Assembly: GCA_041665525.1 (NCBI GenBank)
Contig: JBAYIS010000004.1
Coordinates: 46,996-110,995, forward strand
Length of the DNA: 64,000 nucleotides
Direction: 5' to 3'
Source: Bacteroidota bacterium
GTDB taxonomy: Bacteria; Bacteroidota; Ignavibacteria; UBA10030; UBA8401
How positions within the stretch are numbered: the first letter of the stretch is position 1; every line of letters begins with the position of its first letter. The position numbers and the translations under genes are program-made. Shown in pieces: positions 16,767 through 25,323 of this stretch. The notes below the pieces were generated by a model. It saw nothing but the letters and a program-made list of their open reading frames with translations. It had not been told where the DNA came from and ran no database searches.

Positions 16767-18875
16767 ATGGTACGATCACTTCTACTTGTAATACTAACAG
16801 CGGTTACTGTAACGGCGAACATTCGCACTGTGCCGGCCGAATATGCAACGATCCAGTCAGCAATCAACGCCTCGGCGGACGGTGATACAGTCGTCGTTTA
16901 TCCCGGGACATATTTTGAGAATATCAATTTTAACGGGAAGAATATCGCCGTCACGTCGAGATTTTATGAAGCGAACGATATGCAGTTTGTTCTGCAGACT
17001 GTGATCAACGGGAGTCAACCGAAACATCCGGACACTGCAAGCTGTGTGTTGATCGTCTCCGGAGAAAATTCCTCTGCTGTGCTACAGGGATTCACATTAA
17101 CGGGAGGGAAGGGAACGCGATGGACAGATGAACACGGTGCGGGAATATATCGCGAAGGGGGAGGAATATTGGTCACGTTTTCTTCGCCGGTGATACGGTA
17201 CAATTATATCGTCAATAATGAGATCCTCAATACGGACAATGTCACGAGTACCGGCGGCGCCGGCATACGGATAGGAGACGGCGGCGGCATTATTGAAAAT
17301 AATGTGATCACTTTAAACAAAGCGATGTACGGTGGCGCCATCGTGCTGAACTATTGTTCCGGAACGATCATACGGAATAATATGATTGTGGAAAACAGTG
17401 TCCGTCAATATGATCAGTTCAAGCAGGGATTCGGCGGCGGCGGTATATGGATGGGTGCACCGAAACCGGGCGATGCATCTTCAAATATCGTTGAAAACAA
17501 TACCTTTTATGGGAATATCGCTTTGGACAATTGGATGTTGAGTGCGCTTGCTGGTCGTGGCGGTGCAATGATTATTCACGGCAGAGCGAAAGCGATTGTT
17601 CGCAATAACATACTGTGGGAAAATCATTCGTCCTATCCGATCCCGTCACTTGCGATTATGGCCGGCACTCACCCTGTGGAATATAATGATATCATGGGAG
17701 GATATTTGGGCGTTGGCAATATCGATGCAGACCCGCAATTCGCCGACTCCGGATTCATCCTGAAACCATCTTCTCCTTGCGTAGATGCAGGTGATACATC
17801 TTCACTTTCGTTCGATCCTATGGATGGATTAGTTGCCCGTTATCCGGCAAAAGGAACGGAACGGAATGATATGGGAGCATACGGCGGACCCGGCAGTCTT
17901 GCGTTTTTTGCTTTTTCCCGTCCGAGCGTCTACCTTCCGCTCGATCAGGTGAATTTCGGTTTACTGCTGCCGGGAGATTCGATATCACAAGGATTGACGG
18001 TGGTCAATTTTGGTTCGAAGGCGGCAGTGATTGACAGCATTCGGTTCACTTCGGCAGAGTTTTCCACAACAATCAGTATTCCGTTAACAATGGAAGTAAA
18101 CACATTGGAATCACTTCATCTTCAGTTGAAACCGTCGGAACAGAAGCGATACACTGACACAATGTTCATTTATCATAATTCCACCTTCATTCAGAATCCG
18201 CTGAAGGTTGTTCTGCGCGGGAGTTCAATTCCTACGCCCTTGATGAGCGTGAATCTGCTGGAACATAACTTCGGTGTTCTGGATATCAATACGCCATTGA
18301 AGGACACCACCATCTATATTCATAACCATGGGACGGGAAAAGATTCGATCCGTGTTTCGCTGAATTTCTCAACGGTAAAACCTGCGGATGCAATGACACT
18401 CTCGCAGACTGTGTTCACTCTTGCAGCGGGAGATTCACAGGCGGTGACATTTACATTTCATCCAAAGCAGATCACGAAGACGATCACCGGTCTCTATACT
18501 CCGCGAATCCTTTTTAAATCTTTCTTGGGAGAGGATACCACAACCGTCGAAAAAATTATGCGGTTCAAATTGTCGGGAATTCTCGGCCTTGGGGATAATT
18601 CCGTTGCCGTCGGGGAATACTCACTGAACCAAAACTACCCGAATCCTTTCAATCCGTCTACAAACATTAGGTTCACTGTTGCTGCGGATGGTCCTGTGCT
18701 ATTGAAAGTGTTTGACATCCTCGGAAATGAAGTTGCAACAATAATCAATAAGTACTTGAGTGCAGGCGAGCATCGCATTGAATTTAGTGCTGACCGGCTT
18801 GCCAGCGGGATCTATTTTTATCGGTTGATAGCAGGTAATTTCACCTCCATTAAAAAGATGACGGTCTTAAAATGA
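16767..18875 (+). CDS. Secreted right-handed parallel beta-helix (pectate-lyase-fold) protein with a T9SS C-terminal sorting domain
   Basis: Signal peptide MVRSLLLVILTAVTVTA. Repeated NNxI / GGAI beta-helix rungs. C-terminus ...NQNYPNPFNPSTNIRFTV...GIYFYRL.... Confidence 0.75.
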   Translation: MVRSLLLVILTAVTVTANIRTVPAEYATIQSAINASADGDTVVVYPGTYFENINFNGKNIAVTSRFYEANDMQFVLQTVINGSQPKHPDTASCVLIVSGENSSAVLQGFTLTGGKGTRWTDEHGAGIYREGGGILVTFSSPVIRYNYIVNNEILNTDNVTSTGGAGIRIGDGGGIIENNVITLNKAMYGGAIVLNYCSGTIIRNNMIVENSVRQYDQFKQGFGGGGIWMGAPKPGDASSNIVENNTFYGNIALDNWMLSALAGRGGAMIIHGRAKAIVRNNILWENHSSYPIPSLAIMAGTHPVEYNDIMGGYLGVGNIDADPQFADSGFILKPSSPCVDAGDTSSLSFDPMDGLVARYPAKGTERNDMGAYGGPGSLAFFAFSRPSVYLPLDQVNFGLLLPGDSISQGLTVVNFGSKAAVIDSIRFTSAEFSTTISIPLTMEVNTLESLHLQLKPSEQKRYTDTMFIYHNSTFIQNPLKVVLRGSSIPTPLMSVNLLEHNFGVLDINTPLKDTTIYIHNHGTGKDSIRVSLNFSTVKPADAMTLSQTVFTLAAGDSQAVTFTFHPKQITKTITGLYTPRILFKSFLGEDTTTVEKIMRFKLSGILGLGDNSVAVGEYSLNQNYPNPFNPSTNIRFTVAADGPVLLKVFDILGNEVATIINKYLSAGEHRIEFSADRLASGIYFYRLIAGNFTSIKKMTVLK

Positions 18876-19711
18876 AAACTCTGATGATAGGTGCAGTAAT
18901 CGGATTATGCGGACTCTTGTCCGCGCAATCCCGTCTCGATAGTGCCGCGTTGGAAGTAGCGCACAACGAACTGCTTTTCTCGCACTCTTCGGTCGTTAAA
19001 GGAAGGAATGCTGCGTTTTTGGAATTCTTTGACGACAGCTGCATGATATTCAATCCTTTGCCAGTCTTGGCAAAACCGTATTATAGGTCGCTGCCATCCA
19101 GAAAGACAATCTTGACTTGGAAGCCTTCTCGAATTGAGATTGCGTCCAGCGGTGACTTTGCATATTCCACCGGACCGTGGGAAATAAGGCCGGCAAAACT
19201 GACAGATACACCAGTCGCTACTGGTCATTATTTTTCTATCTGGAAAAAAACAAGTGCAGGCTGGAAAGTATTTTTTGACCACGGCATCGGATATCCGGCG
19301 GCCGCCGTAAAAGAGATACGTTTTTCTTATCTCGTACCGGTAGAGAGGCCGGGCAAGGATATTCAACGTCTCGAAAAAGGCCTGGTTGCTGCTGAAGAAA
19401 AACACTGCTTCGATCTGAAACAAGGTGCTATCGTATCGGCATACGAGCGGTATGCGGCAAATAATATCCTGTTACAGCGTGGAACTAAGTTTCCATTCGA
19501 TGGAAAAACAGTTGCAATTGCTGAAGTCAAGAATGACCGCCGCCCGGACCAGATTCGGCAATTTGGGTCTTCAATTTCTAACTTTGGTGATCTTGCGGTT
19601 ACCTATGGTATTTCCATCGCTGCAGAACAGGATACCAGCAACTATATCCGTGTGTGGAGATATGAAAAAGAGTGGAAGATTGCAGTGGATATATTGAATT
19701 CCATAAAATGA
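18872..19711 (+). CDS. Secreted protein with tandem NTF2-like/DUF4440-like domains
   Basis: Signal peptide present. GDFAYSTGPWEI...GHYFSIWKKTSAGWKVFFD and GDLAVTYGI...YIRVWRYEKEWKIAVD resemble the DUF4440 signature. Confidence 0.5.
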   Translation: MKTLMIGAVIGLCGLLSAQSRLDSAALEVAHNELLFSHSSVVKGRNAAFLEFFDDSCMIFNPLPVLAKPYYRSLPSRKTILTWKPSRIEIASSGDFAYSTGPWEIRPAKLTDTPVATGHYFSIWKKTSAGWKVFFDHGIGYPAAAVKEIRFSYLVPVERPGKDIQRLEKGLVAAEEKHCFDLKQGAIVSAYERYAANNILLQRGTKFPFDGKTVAIAEVKNDRRPDQIRQFGSSISNFGDLAVTYGISIAAEQDTSNYIRVWRYEKEWKIAVDILNSIK

Positions 19712-19726
19712 CCGAAAGCTAACGTT

Positions 19727-20206
19727 ATGAAAAGTATGCTATACATTTTCATAGGAATGCTCTCCATTGCACAAGTGAAGAGCCAAAGTGTTTCACCACA
19801 ATCGGGGAGAACTCCCATGGATATTGGATTGATTGAAAAAGAAGTACTGGAAGTTGTAAAAACCTGGAATGATTGTTTTGAAAAAAATAATGCATCAGCA
19901 TATTTCTCCTATATCCATAATGATCTGACATTATTCACTCCCTCAAATCCTTATCGCGTTGACGGTAAACAGGAGGATCAGAAAGAATTTGAATGGTCGC
20001 TGGGCAGATCGAGGACCACGGTACACTTTTTTCAGGAACTGCAGCCTTCCGTACAGGTCTATGGCAATACGGCGATCGTCACCTATTACAATCGAGGTGC
20101 GTATGGACCGGACGGTAATGAACAGATGTATTATTTCAAAGAAACCGATGTTTTGGTGAAAGAAGATGGCAAATGGTTGATTGTTCATATTCATGTATCA
20201 AAATAA
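19727..20206 (+). CDS. Secreted SnoaL-like/NTF2-fold domain protein
   Basis: Signal peptide. EVVKTWNDCFEKNNASAYFSYIHNDLTLFTP ... KWLIVHIHVS is a typical NTF2-like layout. The ORF is 159 aa. Confidence 0.55.
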   Translation: MKSMLYIFIGMLSIAQVKSQSVSPQSGRTPMDIGLIEKEVLEVVKTWNDCFEKNNASAYFSYIHNDLTLFTPSNPYRVDGKQEDQKEFEWSLGRSRTTVHFFQELQPSVQVYGNTAIVTYYNRGAYGPDGNEQMYYFKETDVLVKEDGKWLIVHIHVSK

Positions 20207-20229
20207 CTAACTTTGTAAAAGAGTAATCT

Positions 20230-20886
20230 ATGACAAAAGTGATGGTAGGATTCGTTTCGGTATTATTGACAATTCAAATGCAAAGCCAGGAAATTCCTGA
20301 GCGTGAGAAATATTACACCATTATTAATGCTGCCATTGAAGAAACAATATATATGCAGCAAAAAGCAATCCGGCTAAACGAAATTCATTCAGGGAAAGAG
20401 AGTTTTGCAATGGTGAAAGGAATGAATTTCACTGATGGAATAATAGAAGTGGAAGTAGCCGGAAAACCTCTTCCAACAGCAAACGCTGCTGCTCGCGGTT
20501 TTATCGGTATTGCTTTCAGATTAACGACCGTTGATACAATCCGGTACGATTGTTTTTACCTCCGTCCGTCGAACGGCAGAGCAGACGATCAATTGCGTCG
20601 GAATCATTCAACCCAGTATATTGCACATCCTTCCTTTCCCTGGTATAGACTGCGAAAAGAATTTCCCGGTGTGTACGAATCCTATGTAGATCTTGTTGAA
20701 GGTGAATGGACAAAAGTCAGAATAGAAGTAAAGGGAAAACAGGCAAAACTGTTTGTTCATGGATCGGAACAGCCTGCTCTTATTGTTACCGAACTGCTCG
20801 GTTCAGAAATATCCGGCGGGGTTGCATTGTGGGTTGGCCAGGGTACAGACGGATATTTTCGGAACCTGAAGATCACAGGGCGGTGA
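20230..20886 (+). CDS. Hypothetical secreted protein (possible LamG/jelly-roll fold)
   Basis: A 218-aa ORF with a signal peptide. No diagnostic motifs. Confidence 0.4.
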   Translation: MTKVMVGFVSVLLTIQMQSQEIPEREKYYTIINAAIEETIYMQQKAIRLNEIHSGKESFAMVKGMNFTDGIIEVEVAGKPLPTANAAARGFIGIAFRLTTVDTIRYDCFYLRPSNGRADDQLRRNHSTQYIAHPSFPWYRLRKEFPGVYESYVDLVEGEWTKVRIEVKGKQAKLFVHGSEQPALIVTELLGSEISGGVALWVGQGTDGYFRNLKITGR

Positions 20887-21031
20887 CCCCACGCCCGGAT
20901 CTTCTCATCCAAATGAAGAAAAACACTGCATTCGATACTGTTCATCACACTCTGACTCCCTCCTGTCGCATAGTTCTCTCAAGGCAAAAATTCTGGAAAT
21001 ATATTGTCACAGAGAATTAAATCGGGCCTAT

Positions 21032-21787
21032 ATGGAAAAAATACTGTTCTTCTGTGTTTCTTTGATATCGATATCTTTGGGATGTTCGGATTCTGCCGGT
21101 CATCAGCCGACCGAAGATAGTCCTCCATCGGATTCCACTATCAACATCCTGTATGTCGGAAATAGTCTGACATATACAAATGATATCCCCGTATTGGTGC
21201 AGGAACTCGGCAAGAAAGACTTGATCAATGTTTCCCATTCTACTCTGTTGTTTCCGAATTCTTCGATTGAAGATCATTTATTGCAGGGGAAAGTGCAGAG
21301 TGAGATCAGCTCTGGAAAGTATGATGTTGTCGTGGCCCAGCAAGGTCCATCCGCATTGCCGGAGTCACAAGTGATCTTATTGAGAGACACAAAAGCACTT
21401 GCAGAATTATGCAGTGCCACTGCTCATACAACTCTGGCTCTCTATATGGTGTGGCCGGCAGCAGAACGATCCTTCGATTTAGATAATGTGATCTACTCAT
21501 ATCAACATGCGGCAGATGTTGCGGGGGTGCTGCTCTGTCCGGCTGGACTGGCCTGGAAAATCGGTTGGCAGTTCGATGCAACACTTCCATTATATTCGAA
21601 AGATAATTTTCATCCCAGTATAACGGGAAGTGTTTTGGCTGCGTTGACAATCTATGGAACTCTTGCGAAGAAAGAGGATTTCAATTCTATTCATCTGGAT
21701 GAAATGTCATGGCGTTATACAATGACGGAGGAACGGTTCATGATTCTTAAGCAATCTGCATTGATAGCGCTGAACAATGTCCGTTAA
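21032..21787 (+). CDS. Lipoprotein, SGNH/GDSL-hydrolase-like
   Basis: Lipobox LGCS. ILYVGNSLTYTND resembles the GDS(L) block I. The ORF is 251 aa. Confidence 0.5.
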   Translation: MEKILFFCVSLISISLGCSDSAGHQPTEDSPPSDSTINILYVGNSLTYTNDIPVLVQELGKKDLINVSHSTLLFPNSSIEDHLLQGKVQSEISSGKYDVVVAQQGPSALPESQVILLRDTKALAELCSATAHTTLALYMVWPAAERSFDLDNVIYSYQHAADVAGVLLCPAGLAWKIGWQFDATLPLYSKDNFHPSITGSVLAALTIYGTLAKKEDFNSIHLDEMSWRYTMTEERFMILKQSALIALNNVR

Positions 21788-21832
21788 TCGTTCCTCTCAA
21801 ATACCGGAAAACGAAGCATTCAATGTATGGAA

Positions 21833-22396
21833 TCAATGCGACCGGATATAGATTGAAGGATTCGGAAAGGCATCATCATTCCCGCCGATTGCTGTGATAA
21901 GCTGCTGTAATTCTTCTGTCGTCGCTGTAAGAATCACCTCGCTGTCCCGAACGATATGAGGAATAGAAATGAGTTTTGTCTCTATCTGTTTTTTCAGCCA
22001 ATCCGCTTCGAAAGATGCCAGCCGCAGCGTATCTCCCCGTAGTTCCAGCCTCGTTATGACATGGACAGAAAGGTAATGATGATCGTTCGAACTTTTTATC
22101 GGAGAGGAATCAAGAAACCAAAACGCACCCAGTTTCCCCGAACTTACTGAATACACTATAGAGTCATTCTCATCCCGGGATCGAAGAAGCAAACGATATC
22201 TGTTTCCTGCCGCTTGGTCGAAAGTATAACTGTCATCGTCAGAATTCCAAGTGCCAGTTAAGCCTGGCACCGACACGGACTCATTCTCTGTAAAGAGAGG
22301 GTGAATGGACCGGGCAGGACATCCGAGAAAGAGTAATGCGGCGAAAAACGGGATGGCTGTAAGTAGGGATTTCATACTGACCTCCTGTGCTATCAA
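21833..22396 (-). CDS. Hypothetical lipoprotein
   Basis: MKSLLTAIPFFAALLFLGC lipobox. The ORF is 187 aa. Confidence 0.45.
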   Translation of the reverse strand: MIAQEVSMKSLLTAIPFFAALLFLGCPARSIHPLFTENESVSVPGLTGTWNSDDDSYTFDQAAGNRYRLLLRSRDENDSIVYSVSSGKLGAFWFLDSSPIKSSNDHHYLSVHVITRLELRGDTLRLASFEADWLKKQIETKLISIPHIVRDSEVILTATTEELQQLITAIGGNDDAFPNPSIYIRSH

Positions 22397-22454
22397 ACGG
22401 TATGCGGCGGGACTGTTGCAAATATGGAGAGAAAGCCTGAAAGAGTAAAGTACT

Positions 22455-22492
22455 GTATGACTGTAGAGTGTAATAGAATTCTACAGTCATAC
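22455..22492 (-). terminator. Hairpin gtatgactgtag-(14 nt)-ctacagtcatac, immediately 3' of the PQQ-repeat gene on the minus strand. It is a candidate terminator.
   Basis: A 12-bp perfect inverted repeat about 10 nt after the stop codon. The downstream sequence is T-containing on the minus strand (tttactctt). Confidence 0.45.
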
Positions 22493-22500
22493 AAAGAGTT

Positions 22501-24339
22501 TTAGTGCAAGCCAAATTCCGCCGCTTTTTGTACTTCTGGTAGTTGATGCAGCCGATCCGGTGTGAGATATAATTGAACATAACCGGAGTATTTTTTCTCG
22601 GAAAACCGTATTACCCAGGCCGAAGCCTTTCCGTTCTCATCCAAAGCAAGCACTGTTGTTACATCATTCACTGGCATACCGCAAATCGCAACAAATGGAC
22701 TTTTCAAACCCCAGCGTTCTCCTTCGGGTGTAATGGACGACGCGTAAAACCCTCCATGAGTCCGCAAATCCTTAAAGCGATAAGGAATGCCGGTAATGTT
22801 TTTTGCTTGTTCAAAGTTGAGTGCAACGACAAATTTCTTTGTGCTGTCCAGTTCGTACGAGGCAGGATTCATTCCGAGTGAGACAATCCTTCCGCCTGAC
22901 TGCAAATACGCTTGAAGAATATTCGAACCAAGTGTATCGCTTGTTATTGACGGTATAAAATAGTTTGTCGCAAATACCAGCACAGATGCAGTATCGCTGT
23001 TGATCCTTTGCAGCAGAAACGATTTCACATCGGTCTCATCATAAAACTCATATCCCTCACGAATAAAGTAATCCCGCACAGCTACGTCCATTCCGCTTCT
23101 GAACGATTGGAAGACAGGCTCCTTCATCCAAAATACCGCACGCTTGAATGATGTCAGAGGTGTTTTTTGGGATTCTTTTGTCCTGAGCGCATACAGGCAA
23201 CCGTCGTCACTCCCAAAAAACAGTTCGCTTCCCGAGGGGAATGCGGAGGAAAACATTTGCGGCCCGGTCTTATACCGCCAGAATTCTTTTCCTGTCTTCA
23301 AATCGAGGGAATACACATACCCGTCGTTACTTGGAATAACGACGACATCATTTCCCGTTATAGCAGGTGAAGCCCACACCGTTGCCTGCGTCATGAATCG
23401 CCAGAGTTCCTTCCCTGTATTCACATCCAGCGCATGAACGAACCGTCCATCCGAAGTGCCGGTAACGAGAATATCGTTTTTTACCGCGACAGTGGAGATC
23501 TCCCAGGAAACTGCGTAATCAAAATTCCATATTTGTCTCCCGGACTTTTTCTCCAGCGCATAGAGATACCCGTCTCTGCCGCCAACAAACAGTTTTTCTT
23601 TATACAGTGTCGGTGATGCGATCACCGCATTTCTGTCAAATCCGAATTGCTCGTTCTTCAGCGTATCGCCGATTGTCGAGAATTGCCAAACCGGTGTGCC
23701 GGTCATTTTATTCACCGCAAATACTTTCCCCGCATTGTTTCCAAAATAAACATTCTCTTCATCCACGGCTGGTGTGGAACGGATCATCGAAAGTGTATTG
23801 TATTTCCAGACCGTTGCGCCTTCTTTCATTGTCAGTGCATACAAATGTCCGTCCGCACTGCCGACATACAGATACGCACCCTCTGCGGATGGCGAACCGA
23901 CATAATAATCAAATCCCCAATCGTAGTTCAACGGTTTCCCCAAATTCTTTTTCCAGATCTGTTTTCCGTCGTTAAGACGGAGAGCGTAGATCATAGAATT
24001 TCTGTTGGTGAAATAGACCGCTCCGCCAGCGATTACCGGAGTGGAACTGATGGAACCGTCCGATACGAACCGCCAAAGCTCTTTCCCATCGGAAGAGAGG
24101 CAATACAGGCGACCGTTCGTCGAACCGATCACGATTTTTTTTCCGCTCAGGACAGGAGTGGATCTGATGGCACTGTTCGTCGCGAATTTCCATTTCAATT
24201 CAGTTTCATTCTGAACCGTCGCGTTGGTGTAGACTCCAACGTGAGTATTACCTCCTTGAAATTGCGCACGGATTTTTCCGGAAGGGATGAATACAATGGT
24301 AAGAATGATGATGATTGTAGATCGCAGTGCTGTGTGCAT
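22501..24339 (-). CDS. PQQ-repeat beta-propeller protein (BamB-like repeats) with a C-terminal domain of about 220 aa and unknown function. The start is taken at MHTALRST.
   Basis: Many GxxYALxxxxGxxxW(K/R) PQQ-type repeats, with a hydrophobic signal after MHTALRSTIIIILTIVFIP. The listed ORF extends further to 24531, but the internal Met gives a signal peptide. Confidence 0.7.
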   Translation of the reverse strand: MHTALRSTIIIILTIVFIPSGKIRAQFQGGNTHVGVYTNATVQNETELKWKFATNSAIRSTPVLSGKKIVIGSTNGRLYCLSSDGKELWRFVSDGSISSTPVIAGGAVYFTNRNSMIYALRLNDGKQIWKKNLGKPLNYDWGFDYYVGSPSAEGAYLYVGSADGHLYALTMKEGATVWKYNTLSMIRSTPAVDEENVYFGNNAGKVFAVNKMTGTPVWQFSTIGDTLKNEQFGFDRNAVIASPTLYKEKLFVGGRDGYLYALEKKSGRQIWNFDYAVSWEISTVAVKNDILVTGTSDGRFVHALDVNTGKELWRFMTQATVWASPAITGNDVVVIPSNDGYVYSLDLKTGKEFWRYKTGPQMFSSAFPSGSELFFGSDDGCLYALRTKESQKTPLTSFKRAVFWMKEPVFQSFRSGMDVAVRDYFIREGYEFYDETDVKSFLLQRINSDTASVLVFATNYFIPSITSDTLGSNILQAYLQSGGRIVSLGMNPASYELDSTKKFVVALNFEQAKNITGIPYRFKDLRTHGGFYASSITPEGERWGLKSPFVAICGMPVNDVTTVLALDENGKASAWVIRFSEKKYSGYVQLYLTPDRLHQLPEVQKAAEFGLH

Positions 24340-24457
24340 AAGAGAACCTATGAATGATATGGGAAATTGTCGGCATACGCGGCGGGGGAGATGCATGCTG
24401 TGCGGCATCAATGTATCGTACGGTAAAGTTGCGTGCAATACACAATTGTAGAAAATG

Positions 24458-25087
24458 TCAATCCGACAACCGTTTGAAGATCGCATAGTGGTCGCCGAAC
24501 TTCGTCGGCCGGGTGTATTGCCCCTTCTCAAGTTTGGACAGTATCGCTTTCACTCCCTGGGGATAGACCTGTATGTTCACTGTGCCGATTTCACCGTTGC
24601 GATCCCGCGATTCTGCAATGGAATATCTCATCGCGATCGTTGAAAAATCCATTCCTCGTCCGAGCAGTAAGAATGCGGAATCAGCTTCCTCATATGTTGT
24701 GCAGATAATCTCTGCGAGTGTACGGTACTCCGGCTCTGCGAATCGTATAATCGCAACCTGATGAAGCCAGATATTAAACGGCTTTCCATCGCTCCGGGCC
24801 GGTATATATTTCCAACGCCGGATCGCAGAGATTGCGGCGGAATCCCAAGCAAGAATGCCGCTGCCGTTGGTCATTTGAACGTCGCCGACGGTACCATCTT
24901 TCGTTACATAGATCTCCAACATGATCCGCATCGGCGCAATGCCGGTCATGCGGGGGAATATGGGTAGAGGATGTTGATATACCAGTTCCGGCGGATTGAA
25001 GTCGTATATCGTTTGGGAAGTGGAACAACCGGAACTTGCACCAGTAAGAAGAAGGAGAAGCAGGATAATCAAGAATAGAGGTTTCAT
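24458..25087 (-). CDS. Lipoprotein with a TonB C-terminal-like domain fused to a PpiC/parvulin-type PPIase-like domain
   Basis: GGAGG RBS 7 nt upstream of the ATG at 25087. MKPLFLIILLLLLLTGASSGC lipobox. PMRIMLEIYVTKDGTVGDVQMTNGSGILAWDSAAISAIRRWKYIP is TonB_C-like. GEIGTVNIQVYPQGVKAI...GDHYAIFKRL is parvulin-like. Confidence 0.55.
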   Translation of the reverse strand: MKPLFLIILLLLLLTGASSGCSTSQTIYDFNPPELVYQHPLPIFPRMTGIAPMRIMLEIYVTKDGTVGDVQMTNGSGILAWDSAAISAIRRWKYIPARSDGKPFNIWLHQVAIIRFAEPEYRTLAEIICTTYEEADSAFLLLGRGMDFSTIAMRYSIAESRDRNGEIGTVNIQVYPQGVKAILSKLEKGQYTRPTKFGDHYAIFKRLSD

Positions 25088-25182
25088 GATGACCTCCTTG
25101 CATTTGCTGTACAAATGTACCACTTCGCAGCAGTAATATCCAGTGCGTGAGAATTAGGATAGTGTCTTAATTTGAAACTTCA

Positions 25183-25280
25183 GAATAACGTCATGTCACG
25201 AAGTGATGACTTCGTCACTGACGGATGTCAGCATCTTTACTATTATAATATGCCGAAACGAGTTCGGCATGACGTTATTT
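25183..25280. repeat. Intergenic element bounded by a 12-bp perfect inverted repeat, aataacgtcatg ... catgacgttatt. It has internal hairpins (gccgaa-acgag-ttcggc, ctgac-ggat-gtcag), and the flanks extend imperfectly (agtgtcttaa / aagacact).
   Basis: Read directly from the sequence. It lies between the methyltransferase gene stop (25324) and the TonB_C/parvulin gene start (25087), both on the minus strand. Confidence 0.4.
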
Positions 25281-25323
25281 GTTAAATGAAGACACTACCA
25301 GAATTAGTAGTTCAATCGTATTT

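Noticed and set aside
23144-24357. Plus-strand ORFs (97-236 aa) antisense to the PQQ-repeat gene, and similar antisense ORFs within the ALDH, M14 and pabBC genes
   Set aside because: They are embedded in long, motif-supported genes on the opposite strand. Their compositions are Arg/Ser-biased, typical of antisense frames.
22501-24531. Listed ORF start at 24531 for the PQQ-repeat protein (MRRGNTPGRR...)
   Set aside because: The N-terminal 64 aa are Arg/Ser-rich with no signal peptide. The internal Met at 24339 gives a plausible signal peptide, so the shorter start was used. The extension would also nearly overlap the downstream gene.
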